Program-made: the position numbers and the translations under genes
In this document: positions 50,655 to 60,180 of the stretch, one piece after another
How positions within the stretch are numbered: the stretch's first letter is position 1
Layout: every line of letters begins with the position of its first letter
The notes under the pieces: generated by a model
The model's database searches: none
What the model was told of the DNA's origin: nothing
What the model saw: only the letters and a program-made list of their open reading frames with translations
Source of the DNA: Candidatus Kerfeldbacteria bacterium
GTDB taxonomy: Bacteria; Patescibacteriota; Patescibacteriia; UBA10025; JAHIVO01
NCBI GenBank assembly: GCA_016214565.1
Contig: JACROE010000002.1
Coordinates: 792,007-856,006 of the forward strand
Length of the DNA: 64,000 nucleotides
Direction of reading: 5' to 3'

Positions 50655-51251
50655 ATGCAATTCACCCTCCGACTTCATCGCGCTTTCATGACCGCTGCCC
50701 GGTTGCATGGAGGCCAACGACGCAAAACGGACGACATACCATACGTGACCCATTCTTATGCTGCAGCCTTTATCGTATCTCAGCATACGCAGGATGAGGA
50801 TATTATTATTGCAACCATTCTTCACGATGTGATTGAGGACGTGGCTGGTTATTCTACTCAAGAGATGACTCGAGATTTTGGGGAGCGGGTGACCTCATTA
50901 GTACTTCAAGTGAGCGACCCGGAAAAAGTTCCAGATATGACTTCAGCAGATGAGCGTGCTACATGGGAAACTCGCAAAACTAATTTTATTGAACATTTGC
51001 GGAAAGCCAGTTCTGATGCCCTGATGATTGTGGCTGCAGACAAGCTGCATAATATGGTGTCTACGGTAGAGGCATATGGGCGTCATGGCAAAAGTATTTT
51101 CAAGAAATTTAATTCGCCGATTGTTCGGCGGCAGTGGTTTCATGGCGAGGTCGTCGCATTAGTGAAGCAGAAGCTTCATAACGCTTTGGCGGATGAGCTA
51201 GAGCAAGTGTATCGAGAGGCAAATCGAGCGCTTGACGTCAGCAATAGTTGA
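50655..51251 (+). CDS. HD-domain (p)ppGpp hydrolase-like protein (RelA/SpoT hydrolase domain only; small alarmone hydrolase type)
   Basis: H...ATILHDVIEDV...AADKLHN motifs; ATG 7 nt after TATACT (50642–50647), so the mRNA is leaderless. Confidence 0.65.
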   Translation: MQFTLRLHRAFMTAARLHGGQRRKTDDIPYVTHSYAAAFIVSQHTQDEDIIIATILHDVIEDVAGYSTQEMTRDFGERVTSLVLQVSDPEKVPDMTSADERATWETRKTNFIEHLRKASSDALMIVAADKLHNMVSTVEAYGRHGKSIFKKFNSPIVRRQWFHGEVVALVKQKLHNALADELEQVYREANRALDVSNS

Positions 51252-51300
51252 TAGTAGGATTTTAAAAAATAGTACCATCCCCACAACCACGGAGGTCATA

Positions 51301-51519
51301 ATGCAGAATGCTTCAGGAACGAGGCAAGTTGTTATTCAGTGTCGGCTGTGCCCGAAAACGTTTATCGCCGATGATAAGATGGCGATCCCCCCGAGCCACA
51401 CAAATGGCAAAGGAAACTTTTGCTTCGGATCATATGATCCGGGGGAATTCAAGTGCTATGCTGATGAGTATCCGAAACCCGGCGTGGCTCGTCCAGAAAA
51501 CATTGAAGTTCACGTCTGA
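51301..51519 (+). CDS. Hypothetical 72-aa protein with a 4-Cys arrangement
   Basis: CACGGAGGTCATA then ATG; sequence CRLCPKTF...CFGSYDPGEFKC. Confidence 0.4.
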   Translation: MQNASGTRQVVIQCRLCPKTFIADDKMAIPPSHTNGKGNFCFGSYDPGEFKCYADEYPKPGVARPENIEVHV

Positions 51520-51676
51520 GTCACATTTTCTGTCATCAGTATTGCAAACCGCTTGTTGTTAATTCAACCGGCGGTTTATTATTTGCATTAGCCACGGTAC
51601 TGCGGTAAGGTAATGTAATTAATAAAATCAAAACAGAAATCGCCTTTTAAAACCCTTATTTTTGGAGGAATTAGTC

Positions 51677-52279
51677 ATGAACATGCGTAAAATTACCCGC
51701 GCCCTTATATCCGTTTCGGATAAGGCAAACTTGACCGGTTTGGTCGCCAGTTTGCACAGCCATGGTGTGGAAATTATTTCCACCGGCGGCACATTCAAAG
51801 CGATTCAGCAGGTTGGTATCCCCGTCATTCCGGTGAGCGACTTCACTGGCTCTCCTGAAGTGATGGATGGTCGCGTTAAGACCATTCATCCGAAAATCGC
51901 CGGCGGCATCCTCTTCCGAAGAGAAGAGACGAATGACTGGTATGCACTAGGTCAGCTGGGTGGTAAGCCCATTGACCTGGTCGTGGTCAATCTGTATCCC
52001 TTCCGGGAGAAAGTTGCGGCTGGTGCCTCGCACGCGGAAATTGTTGAGAATATCGACATTGGTGGGCCGTCACTACTCCGTGCCGCGGCGAAAAACTACG
52101 ATGACGTAGCCGTCATTACCGAGCCGGGCGATTATATTCGCTTGATGACGCAACTCGATGCCAATGACGGACAGACTGAACTGGCATTTCGGGAGGAATG
52201 CGCGGGGAAGGCATACACACTGACAGCTGCGTATGATAAAGAAATTGCGAAATACTTCGCGAGCTGTCAGGCGCGATAA
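51677..52279 (+). CDS. purH: Stand-alone IMP cyclohydrolase domain (PurH N-terminal MGS-like half)
   Basis: ALISVSDKANLTGLVASLHSHGVEIISTGGT...MDGRVKTIHPKIAGGIL matches the PurH cyclohydrolase domain. No AICAR transformylase half follows. GGAGG Shine-Dalgarno. Confidence 0.65.
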   Translation: MNMRKITRALISVSDKANLTGLVASLHSHGVEIISTGGTFKAIQQVGIPVIPVSDFTGSPEVMDGRVKTIHPKIAGGILFRREETNDWYALGQLGGKPIDLVVVNLYPFREKVAAGASHAEIVENIDIGGPSLLRAAAKNYDDVAVITEPGDYIRLMTQLDANDGQTELAFREECAGKAYTLTAAYDKEIAKYFASCQAR

Positions 52280-52442
52280 GCCTATTCTTGAGCACGAGCT
52301 GCGTGCCAGACCGCTGGATGTTTATTCATTCGGCGGTTTTATTATTTGCCAAGTTTTATGACTAGGTATAAGATACTCAAATTACAGAAATATACATAGT
52401 TTCCTTACCATAAACGCCTCTCATGATGAGGGGAGAAAGAGA

Positions 52443-53591
52443 GTGAATCTCATGGATTCGCAGAATGTGCAATTTGCCGATCAATTGGTGAATTATTGTA
52501 CTGAAGTCAAACCGGGCGAACTCGTGATCATTCAGGCAAATGATGGTACTCCATACGACCTGATTGATGCAGTGATTGACTCGGTCAATCGTGCGGGCGG
52601 CAGTGTCGCTGCGGTCTGGTTGAATTCTGATCGCGTTACGCGAAAGGTATTCAGCCAGCTGACGCCGCATGCTGAGCGCATCTGTCATGCTGGACCGCTG
52701 GTCCAGGCCATGGCGACGCAGGTGTGCATCGTCTTTCGGGGTTTCGATAACATCTACGAATGGGTCGACGTGCCGAGAGACAAAATGCGTCTCGCCTCAA
52801 GCGGTATGGGGAAGCATCTCCAGGATCAGCGCATTCAGCACACCCGTTGGATCCTCACTCGAATGTGGACGCCGGGTATGGCACAGCTGGCAGGCATGAG
52901 CCAGTCGGCATTTCATGACTATTACATGAAGACAGTGCTGCTGGACTACGGTCGGATGTCGCGGGCCATGGATCCGCTGTTTGATCTGGTCAATCAGACC
53001 GAAGATGTGCGGATCAAGGGTCCGGGCAAAACCAACCTCCGATTCAGTATCGCAGGGATTGGTGCCGTCAAATGCGACGGCAAGCGGAATATTCCCGATG
53101 GGGAAGTCTACACGGCGCCGGTACGTGAATCAATGAATGGCGTGATTCAGTATAATACCGTCACGGTGACCAAGGAGGGTCAGCGGTTCGAAAATGTCTG
53201 CTTCGAAGTGAAACGGGGTAAGATCATCAAGGCCACCTGTGGTTCTGGTGACGAGCGTCGACTGAATGATTTCCTCGACACTGACGAGGGTGCGCGCTAT
53301 TTCGGCGAATTTGCCTTTGGGGTCAATCCCCACATCCTGATGCCGATCGGTGAGACCCTCTTCGACGAGAAGATCGCTGGTTCGTTCCACCTCACCCCTG
53401 GCCAGTCCTATACTGGCACGCCGGCTGAAAACGGGAACAACAGCGCTATCCATTGGGATATCGTCTGTATCCAGCGTCCTGAATTCGGCGGTGGAGAAAT
53501 CTGGTTCGATGGAAAGCTCATTCGAAAGAACGGTCTCTTCGTTCCGAAGCGGCTGCTCGGACTGAATCCTGATCAGCTGATAGCTGCTTAA
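52443..53591 (+). CDS. Aminopeptidase, M29 (AmpS/PepS)-like
   Basis: DGEVYTAPV and GEFAFGVNPHI resemble Peptidase_M29 blocks; ~380 aa. Confidence 0.5.
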   Translation: MNLMDSQNVQFADQLVNYCTEVKPGELVIIQANDGTPYDLIDAVIDSVNRAGGSVAAVWLNSDRVTRKVFSQLTPHAERICHAGPLVQAMATQVCIVFRGFDNIYEWVDVPRDKMRLASSGMGKHLQDQRIQHTRWILTRMWTPGMAQLAGMSQSAFHDYYMKTVLLDYGRMSRAMDPLFDLVNQTEDVRIKGPGKTNLRFSIAGIGAVKCDGKRNIPDGEVYTAPVRESMNGVIQYNTVTVTKEGQRFENVCFEVKRGKIIKATCGSGDERRLNDFLDTDEGARYFGEFAFGVNPHILMPIGETLFDEKIAGSFHLTPGQSYTGTPAENGNNSAIHWDIVCIQRPEFGGGEIWFDGKLIRKNGLFVPKRLLGLNPDQLIAA

Positions 53592-53617
53592 TCTCTATCC
53601 TCTCGTTTTTTCCCGCG

Positions 53618-53653
53618 CCCGCTGTTCGACTATTGGACAGCGGGTATTTTTTT
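53618..53653 (+). terminator. Rho-independent terminator (27-nt hairpin, copy 1)
   Basis: CCCGCTGTTCGACTATTGGACAGCGGG followed by TATTTTTTTG. Confidence 0.7.
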
Positions 53654-53825
53654 GTAAGTTGAAAGGTAATTTGACGATTTTTCATGGGTACGCTAGGGTG
53701 AAAATAGATAGAAAAAAAGAACATTAACAACCTTCATAATACCCGAAGGGGGTGATTTTTTGTCCAGTTTGATACGTCGTTACGTGAATTCTGAACTTAA
53801 ACCAAGCATGAAAAAGGAGTAAATC

Positions 53826-56576
53826 ATGCGAAACCTGATTAGTAAACCACTGTGTTGGCTTTTGTGCTGCCTGCTGCTCGTCCAGCCGATGATCAGCTGC
53901 AACAAGAAGCCGACGGAACCTGAACCAAAGCCGGAGCCAAAGGTGACTTTTGTCGCCGACTATAATCTGCCGTTGTTTGCAAAAAAGTTATCTTCGATCC
54001 AATTGCAAGATCTGGGGACTGATCCGACAGTACAGCAGGTTCAGCAAGCCCAGAGCCTTTCAAAATCTTTCGAATTTAACGATATCGGTATGCACTTGAA
54101 TGGACCCGAGTGGAGTAAACCGTGTCCACAGGATGGATGTTTTGATCCACCATGTGAACCTTCACTAGCAGGTCGGTCATTGTATCACTACAACTGTATC
54201 ATCTACATCAAAGTTTTGGATCGATGGGATGGCAATACACCAATTTTCAAAAATAAAAATATTGCCAACATCCATCTTTACCAGAATCCAGACCGACCGA
54301 ACTGCTGGGGCGCTGTTGAGTACACAACTGGTTATTGTATTTCATCAGAAAAACTCTGTGGCAAGCCGCCACACGAGGTCTTTATTGCGACGTTGCAAGC
54401 CGTTCTCGAACGCTTGGCTAATATTGGAGCTATTACTCTTCAGCAAATCGATGATGCACGCAAAGGGCTAGGTCTGACTCCTGAATTAGCTGCCGTTATT
54501 TTAATCGTAGGGTTAGTTTCAGCGGGTTATATCGCCGTTGCTGGATCTTTGCTTTCCGCTGCTGGTGCTATTCTGGTAGAACTCGGTATTTCAACTGAAG
54601 CTGCTGGTGGATTTGCTGCTGTATTTTTGGTCGGTATTAATATCAATAATCCACCAGAAACGCATGATCCGCTGGCCAGTATTAATGAAGCACCGACAAT
54701 TTGTCAGGTTAATACTTCGCAAAAATTTGTATTTTCCGGACAATATTGTGAAGAGATCGCAATCTCCTACGACGGCGGTTATACAGTCGAGTACTTCTTT
54801 CCCCAAGACCTACCGAAGACCACATGGCACACTTTCAACTCGGCCGGCACCTACGAAATTCGTAACACTGCCTATGGTAATGGCAAATGGTCTCCGACAG
54901 TGAAGCGGTATGTTACCGTTACTGATCCGGTGACTAATCTGCCTCCGGTCTCCAATCCCTCATGCCCCGGTACGGCCATCGTCAACCAACCGGTTTCAGT
55001 CACAAACAACGCGACTGATGCGGATGGCACGGTAACCGAATACCGATGGCGCGGCGAGTTCGGCAACTTCACCACTACTACGAAGCAGACCAACGTCACG
55101 TTCACGTCGACAGGAACAAAGGTGGTCTACATGTCGGCGAAGGATGATGACGGCGCGTGGGGACAGGAACCGTTCTGTACTATTGATGTTTCTTCAGTCG
55201 TAATTAATCAACCTCCTGTCGCTTGCTTTTCGGCAAGTCCAGCCTCAGGCACGACTGAAACGACATTCAATTTGGACGCCGATTGTTCCACTGACGACAA
55301 GACCCCGCTGGCAAACCTCCAGGTTCGCTGGCAGATTGATGGCAGCTGGACAGGATTTACCACCACCAAGACGATAAGTAAGAAATGGTCCACTTATGGG
55401 ACCAAGACAGTTATCGTCGAGGTGAAGGACGGCGATGGTTTGACCGACCAGGAAACGAAAACAATCCAGGTCGACAATCCCGGCCCGACTACCGGTACGA
55501 TCGAGGTAAGTCCGAATCCCTCCACGGCAAGCTGGGACATCACACCTGGCGGATACACGGGAAGCGGCTATCAGTCGATTCCTAATGTCGCGCCTGGCGA
55601 GTATCATATTACCTGGCATTCACTATCTGGTTATGAGACTCCAGCAGGAGAGTATAAGACGTTGCAGGCAGGTAAAACCATCACTTTCAGCGTTAATTAT
55701 ACTCCGAGCAGCACGCCAATTGACTTCACTCCAACCAGTATTCCAGATGCGACCCTCCTGCAGTATTATGAAGTAACATTCGTAAGCACTGGCGGGACGC
55801 CCGGGTATGGCGTCGCTTTTTCCTTGAGCGGTAGCTTGCCTGGATTGTCATTCAGGAACAATGCTGACGGTACTGCGACACTCTATGGCACGCCTAACGT
55901 CTTGGGTTCATATCCGATCACCATCACCGTGGTGGACAAGGGTAACCTGCAGAACAAAAAGTGGTGCGACTATACTCTCGTCGTGAAATCGGCGGTCGGC
56001 AAGCTTGTTGTCGACCCAGCTGTCTTGAATATGGGCAGCGACCTCAGTTTGGCATACTCGACCGCATCCAATGCCAACAACAATGGTCCGATTACATTTT
56101 CCTTGTCGTCCAACCAAACCTGGTTGACCACATTTCCTTCTTCTGTCGGTACCACCACTCAGGAGATCAAAGTCATGGTCAGCCGGTCGGGCTTGTCTGA
56201 TGGGCAGTATAACGGGCGGATTACACTTTCGTCCTCGGGCGGGACGGCGTACATAGATGTCGAGATGACAGTGGCAACTGGCTGCGTTATGTCTCCGGAT
56301 ATGATTTCGCCGATCAACGGTCAGAATTTGGATCTGACCGATCCCGTATTTTCCTGGAGTAAAGTCTGTCAGGAAGCGGGCAAGTTCTATGCTGTTATCG
56401 TTAAGACCGAAAGTTACTACGGTGATGTCGTGTTTTTTGAGGATTTCGACTACCGGGATACCTACGTTAGATATACTGGTAGCAGCCTCCAGACGTACCG
56501 GACATACTATTGGTTCTTAACCGATGCCTATGGCACGCCGGTGACTGGCATTGAATCTTTCTATGTCATTCCTTAG
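53826..56576 (+). CDS. Large lipoprotein or surface protein (916 aa) with PKD/Ig-like repeats and an internal hydrophobic segment
   Basis: Signal peptide plus lipobox-like LVQPMISC; internal TM-like stretch LAAVILIVGLVSAGYIAVAGSLL; PKD-like and putative-Ig (SLSGSLPGLSF) domains; AAAAGGAG Shine-Dalgarno. Confidence 0.6.
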   Translation: MRNLISKPLCWLLCCLLLVQPMISCNKKPTEPEPKPEPKVTFVADYNLPLFAKKLSSIQLQDLGTDPTVQQVQQAQSLSKSFEFNDIGMHLNGPEWSKPCPQDGCFDPPCEPSLAGRSLYHYNCIIYIKVLDRWDGNTPIFKNKNIANIHLYQNPDRPNCWGAVEYTTGYCISSEKLCGKPPHEVFIATLQAVLERLANIGAITLQQIDDARKGLGLTPELAAVILIVGLVSAGYIAVAGSLLSAAGAILVELGISTEAAGGFAAVFLVGININNPPETHDPLASINEAPTICQVNTSQKFVFSGQYCEEIAISYDGGYTVEYFFPQDLPKTTWHTFNSAGTYEIRNTAYGNGKWSPTVKRYVTVTDPVTNLPPVSNPSCPGTAIVNQPVSVTNNATDADGTVTEYRWRGEFGNFTTTTKQTNVTFTSTGTKVVYMSAKDDDGAWGQEPFCTIDVSSVVINQPPVACFSASPASGTTETTFNLDADCSTDDKTPLANLQVRWQIDGSWTGFTTTKTISKKWSTYGTKTVIVEVKDGDGLTDQETKTIQVDNPGPTTGTIEVSPNPSTASWDITPGGYTGSGYQSIPNVAPGEYHITWHSLSGYETPAGEYKTLQAGKTITFSVNYTPSSTPIDFTPTSIPDATLLQYYEVTFVSTGGTPGYGVAFSLSGSLPGLSFRNNADGTATLYGTPNVLGSYPITITVVDKGNLQNKKWCDYTLVVKSAVGKLVVDPAVLNMGSDLSLAYSTASNANNNGPITFSLSSNQTWLTTFPSSVGTTTQEIKVMVSRSGLSDGQYNGRITLSSSGGTAYIDVEMTVATGCVMSPDMISPINGQNLDLTDPVFSWSKVCQEAGKFYAVIVKTESYYGDVVFFEDFDYRDTYVRYTGSSLQTYRTYYWFLTDAYGTPVTGIESFYVIP

Positions 56577-56602
56577 TTCGCAAAGCACCTTTTAACCTTT
56601 TT

Positions 56603-56636
56603 GGCAGAAGACACCAGTCTTCTGCCATTTTTATTT
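56603..56636 (+). terminator. Rho-independent terminator
   Basis: Stem GGCAGAAGAC/GTCTTCTGCC, then ATTTTTATTT. Confidence 0.7.
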
Positions 56637-56733
56637 CAATTAAAGTTAAGGGATACAACAAGCTCAGGGTTTCGATTGGCTGAAAATAACTATTGCTTCA
56701 TTCTTTTTTTTGAGTATTGCTATTGAGCATTCA

Positions 56734-56768
56734 CCCGCTGTTCGACTATTGGACAGCGGGTTCTTTTA
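56734..56768 (+). terminator. Rho-independent terminator (27-nt hairpin, copy 2, identical to 53618–53644)
   Basis: CCCGCTGTTCGACTATTGGACAGCGGG followed by TTCTTTTAAAAAAAA. Confidence 0.6.
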
Positions 56769-56808
56769 AAAAAAATCCCCGTCGCGCTGTATACACAACG
56801 GACGGGGA
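56762..56808 (-). terminator. Rho-independent terminator (minus strand)
   Basis: Stem TCCCCGTC/GACGGGGA, with TTTTTTTTAAAAGA on the minus strand; follows the 56830..57738 gene. Confidence 0.65.
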
Positions 56809-56829
56809 GAAAGAGCCTGTGATGAATGG

Positions 56830-57738
56830 TTAATAGAGAGTGATCCGGAGCATGAGCGTGGCAATCATGAGATTGACCATACCGAGGTCAATGACTCGAT
56901 AGCGATTTGAGACATAGGAGCCGGGGAGCAATCGCTTGGCGAGATTAATCATGAAATACATGCCAATCAAGAAGAAGATGAAAACCGGTGCCGCAGAAAA
57001 CAGTTCCGTGTAGCGTAGCTGCAAGAGACCGCCGATGAAGCAAAGGATTGATAGGAAGAGTAGCGCGCCCGCAATTCTCTGGGTTGTTTTCATGCCAAGC
57101 GACATGACCATCGTAAATCGCTTTCCTCGATTCGCCGCCAGATCATCATTATCCTTGAGAACCTCTCGAGCTAAGTACGCACAAAAGATACCAGCCATAA
57201 GAAATGGAACAATCGGATGCATCCGATGGCCCGAGTACCAGCCCATGACGACGGGACTGACGCAAACCGACGCAATTGCCAGATTCTTAAACGGCCAATA
57301 CTGATCTAAGAAATTGGCATAGAACATGATCATTGCAAAATTGAATAGTGCAATCCAGGTACAGATTGCCGGGAGAAATACACCCGCAATGGCAATTGAA
57401 AGCAGAAATGCAATTGCGCCCGATAGAATTAATACTAGGGGTTGATTGACAATCACGAGGTCGTACCATTTTTTTGCATAAATATCATGCCGACGACCAT
57501 AGTGGAAAAGGCTAGCGCCCAGACAGCTGAAAAACATGCTGACTCCCGCGGCAACTTTTGGCTCATTAGACCAGAGTGGCCCATTTGAGAGAAGGGCGAT
57601 CAGCCAGGTGCTGAGACCTGCTATGATGCACTGCTCAATGCGTGTCACTTTATAGAGAAATTTCAAGGAACCCATGTTACCTCCGAAAATATATTGATGT
57701 TTGTGTATTGATGTTTCCAGCCATCTTGCCATAACCAT
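56830..57738 (-). CDS. Polytopic membrane protein, possibly a UbiA-like prenyltransferase
   Basis: Eight or nine TM helices; an acidic KDNDDLAANRGKR loop; assignment is weak. Confidence 0.4.
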   Translation of the reverse strand: MVMARWLETSIHKHQYIFGGNMGSLKFLYKVTRIEQCIIAGLSTWLIALLSNGPLWSNEPKVAAGVSMFFSCLGASLFHYGRRHDIYAKKWYDLVIVNQPLVLILSGAIAFLLSIAIAGVFLPAICTWIALFNFAMIMFYANFLDQYWPFKNLAIASVCVSPVVMGWYSGHRMHPIVPFLMAGIFCAYLAREVLKDNDDLAANRGKRFTMVMSLGMKTTQRIAGALLFLSILCFIGGLLQLRYTELFSAAPVFIFFLIGMYFMINLAKRLLPGSYVSNRYRVIDLGMVNLMIATLMLRITLY

Positions 57739-57861
57739 AGCTGATTAGTCAAATGAGTACCGGCGCCTGACTCTGTGTCATAGTGGCGCTTTTTAAGGTT
57801 TTCATGGTAGGGTAAACGTTGATAGAGCATTTCGAGAGCCGTCAGTTGCAGGCAGGTAGTC

Positions 57862-59145
57862 GTGTGTGTTCTTGCCCTTTATTTATTAATGAATACTATG
57901 ACATCAGAATCAGACAATACGTTTTATGGCCTCGGACTTGCACCAAAACTGCTCGAATTACTAGATTCCCATAAGTTCACCACGCCGACGCCGATCCAGG
58001 TGAAAACAATCCCATTGGCTATCGAGGGCAAGGACTTGATCGGTATCGCTCAGACCGGGACGGGCAAGACACTGGCATTTGGATTGCCGCTCATGCAAAA
58101 TATCGCCCGACGCAAGACGCGCGGATTAGTGGTGGTGCCGACTCGTGAATTAGCCTCACAGGTAGATGAAGTGCTGATGCAATTTGGCAAAGGCGTTGGT
58201 CTGCGTACGGCAGTCGTGGTGGGCGGCGCTTCAATGTACGCACAAACGCGAGCGCTTCAATCAACCCCGCACATTATTATCGCTACACCTGGTCGGCTGA
58301 TCGATCATTTATCATCCCGTCCGACATTGCTTCAGGATATTGGTATTGTAGTGCTGGATGAAGCAGATCGAATGTTAGACATGGGCTTTGCTCCGCAGAT
58401 TGAGAAAATTTTAGTCAAAGTTCCGAAAGATCGACAGACGCTTCTTTTTTCTGCGACCATGCCGCCGACCATCGTAACCATTGCGAATCGGCATATGCAT
58501 TTGCCTCTGCGCGTGGAGATCGCTCGTCCGGGTACCACCGTTAAAGAAATTGATCAGGAAGTTATTTTTCTCTCCGCTTATGACAAGCGAGCCATGCTCG
58601 GAAAATTATTAGAACGGTATACCGGTTCAATTTTAGTTTTTTCTCGAACAAAATGGGGCGCTAAAAAATTGACGACGGTTATTCGGGACATGGGGCATAC
58701 CGCTGCTGAGATTCATTCAAACCGCAGTTTGGCCCAGCGCAAAGGCGCGATTGATGGATTCAAAAAAGGAATTTTCCGCGTTTTAGTCGCTACTGACATT
58801 GCCGCGCGCGGCATTGATGTGAGCAATATTGAATTGGTCGTTAATTTCGATTTACCGAGTACGCCGGATGACTATGTTCATCGAATCGGCCGTACCGCGC
58901 GCGCTGGTAAAAAAGGGAAGGCCATTTCATTCGCCACGCCTGATGAACGACGGGATATCCAGGACATCGAAAGATTGATTCGTACCCAGTTGGTTGTGGC
59001 TGAAGGATCAGCAATGCCGCCAACTTCACATGCACGGACGCACGAATCAGCAGCATCAGGGCGACCTTCGCATCGGTTCCGCCCCGCCCGACCAGCTCGA
59101 AAACACGGTGGTCATAATAGTTTCAGACGGCGTCGCTACAGCTAG
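57862..59145 (+). CDS. DEAD-box ATP-dependent RNA helicase
   Basis: Q-motif, AQTGTGKT, DEAD (VLDEADRML), SAT and HRIGRTARAG, with an Arg-rich C-terminal tail. Confidence 0.85.
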   Translation: MCVLALYLLMNTMTSESDNTFYGLGLAPKLLELLDSHKFTTPTPIQVKTIPLAIEGKDLIGIAQTGTGKTLAFGLPLMQNIARRKTRGLVVVPTRELASQVDEVLMQFGKGVGLRTAVVVGGASMYAQTRALQSTPHIIIATPGRLIDHLSSRPTLLQDIGIVVLDEADRMLDMGFAPQIEKILVKVPKDRQTLLFSATMPPTIVTIANRHMHLPLRVEIARPGTTVKEIDQEVIFLSAYDKRAMLGKLLERYTGSILVFSRTKWGAKKLTTVIRDMGHTAAEIHSNRSLAQRKGAIDGFKKGIFRVLVATDIAARGIDVSNIELVVNFDLPSTPDDYVHRIGRTARAGKKGKAISFATPDERRDIQDIERLIRTQLVVAEGSAMPPTSHARTHESAASGRPSHRFRPARPARKHGGHNSFRRRRYS

Positions 59146-59180
59146 TATCGTAGTTTACGCGCATTACTCTATAGCAGGCT

Positions 59181-59516
59181 ATGCTTCATCAGATGTCACT
59201 CCGACCAAAACCGTTTGAATTGATTCAGACTGGGCGGAAAACAGTTGAACTGCGATTGTGGGATGAGAAACGCCAACGAATTCAAGCTGGCGATGAGATT
59301 GTATTTACCCACATTGAAACCGGCGAAACATTGCGTGTCGTGGTTGAGGGACTGACCCACGCAAAAACGTTTGATGAATTGTTGCAGATTATTCCCATTG
59401 AACAATCAGGACGCAGCAAACCACAGGAGGTTTTGACCGCACTTAACACGATTTATTCTGCAGAAAAGCTAAGGGATTATACAGTTGTCGGCATTCATAT
59501 TCGTCTGCTGGCCTAG
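59181..59516 (+). CDS. ASCH-domain protein
   Basis: ELIQTGRKTVELRLWDEKRQRIQAGDEIVF shows an ASCH/PUA-like beta-barrel signature. Confidence 0.5.
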   Translation: MLHQMSLRPKPFELIQTGRKTVELRLWDEKRQRIQAGDEIVFTHIETGETLRVVVEGLTHAKTFDELLQIIPIEQSGRSKPQEVLTALNTIYSAEKLRDYTVVGIHIRLLA

Positions 59517-59595
59517 CTGCTGCAGTGGTTTCCAATTGCGTTACGCAGATTAAAAAAATATTGTATACTATAAGGACTAACTTATTATACAAAAT

Positions 59596-60162
59596 ATGCG
59601 AAAAAAAATTATTCTTGGCCTTGGCATTGTTCTACTTGCGGTCATCGTTTCGGGCTGCACGAAAACCACAACAAATACCAATAGTGCGTCAACCACCAAT
59701 ACTACCAATTCAACAAACACAACGACCAATACGGGGGCGGCCGATCCTGAAGGAACCATCGTGGTTGATGCCGGTACTGGGACATTGTCTGGTGTTGAAC
59801 CAAGCACGATAGATTTTATTCAAGAAATCTCAACTGGTACCGTCGCTTATCTTGGCTCCAAGGGGGCAACGGCGAACTATACGGTCACTGCCGAACAGGC
59901 GGGAACCTATAAGCTGATGGTGAAGCTTTCTGATGATGGCACCTGGGACAACGGATTTCGTGACGCGGACATTATGGTTAATGGTAATGCAGTTCTTAAG
60001 TACCTTCACACGTCACAAGACACTCGTGGGTGGAAGTGGTTTACTATTGGTAATGCGTCGTTGAAAGTTGGTGACAACACGGTGTCATTTACTAAATCAA
60101 ATGACATGCCCGCAGCATATGCCATGGATGAATTTAAATTCGTTCCCGTTATATTAATTTAG
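59596..60162 (+). CDS. Lipoprotein with a Thr/Asn-rich linker and a beta-rich, possibly carbohydrate-binding C-terminal domain
   Basis: Signal peptide plus lipobox IVSGC; linker TTTNTNSASTTNTTNSTNTTTNT; TTGTATACTAT promoter upstream. Confidence 0.5.
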   Translation: MRKKIILGLGIVLLAVIVSGCTKTTTNTNSASTTNTTNSTNTTTNTGAADPEGTIVVDAGTGTLSGVEPSTIDFIQEISTGTVAYLGSKGATANYTVTAEQAGTYKLMVKLSDDGTWDNGFRDADIMVNGNAVLKYLHTSQDTRGWKWFTIGNASLKVGDNTVSFTKSNDMPAAYAMDEFKFVPVILI

Positions 60163-60180
60163 CGTTTTTCAATAGATACG

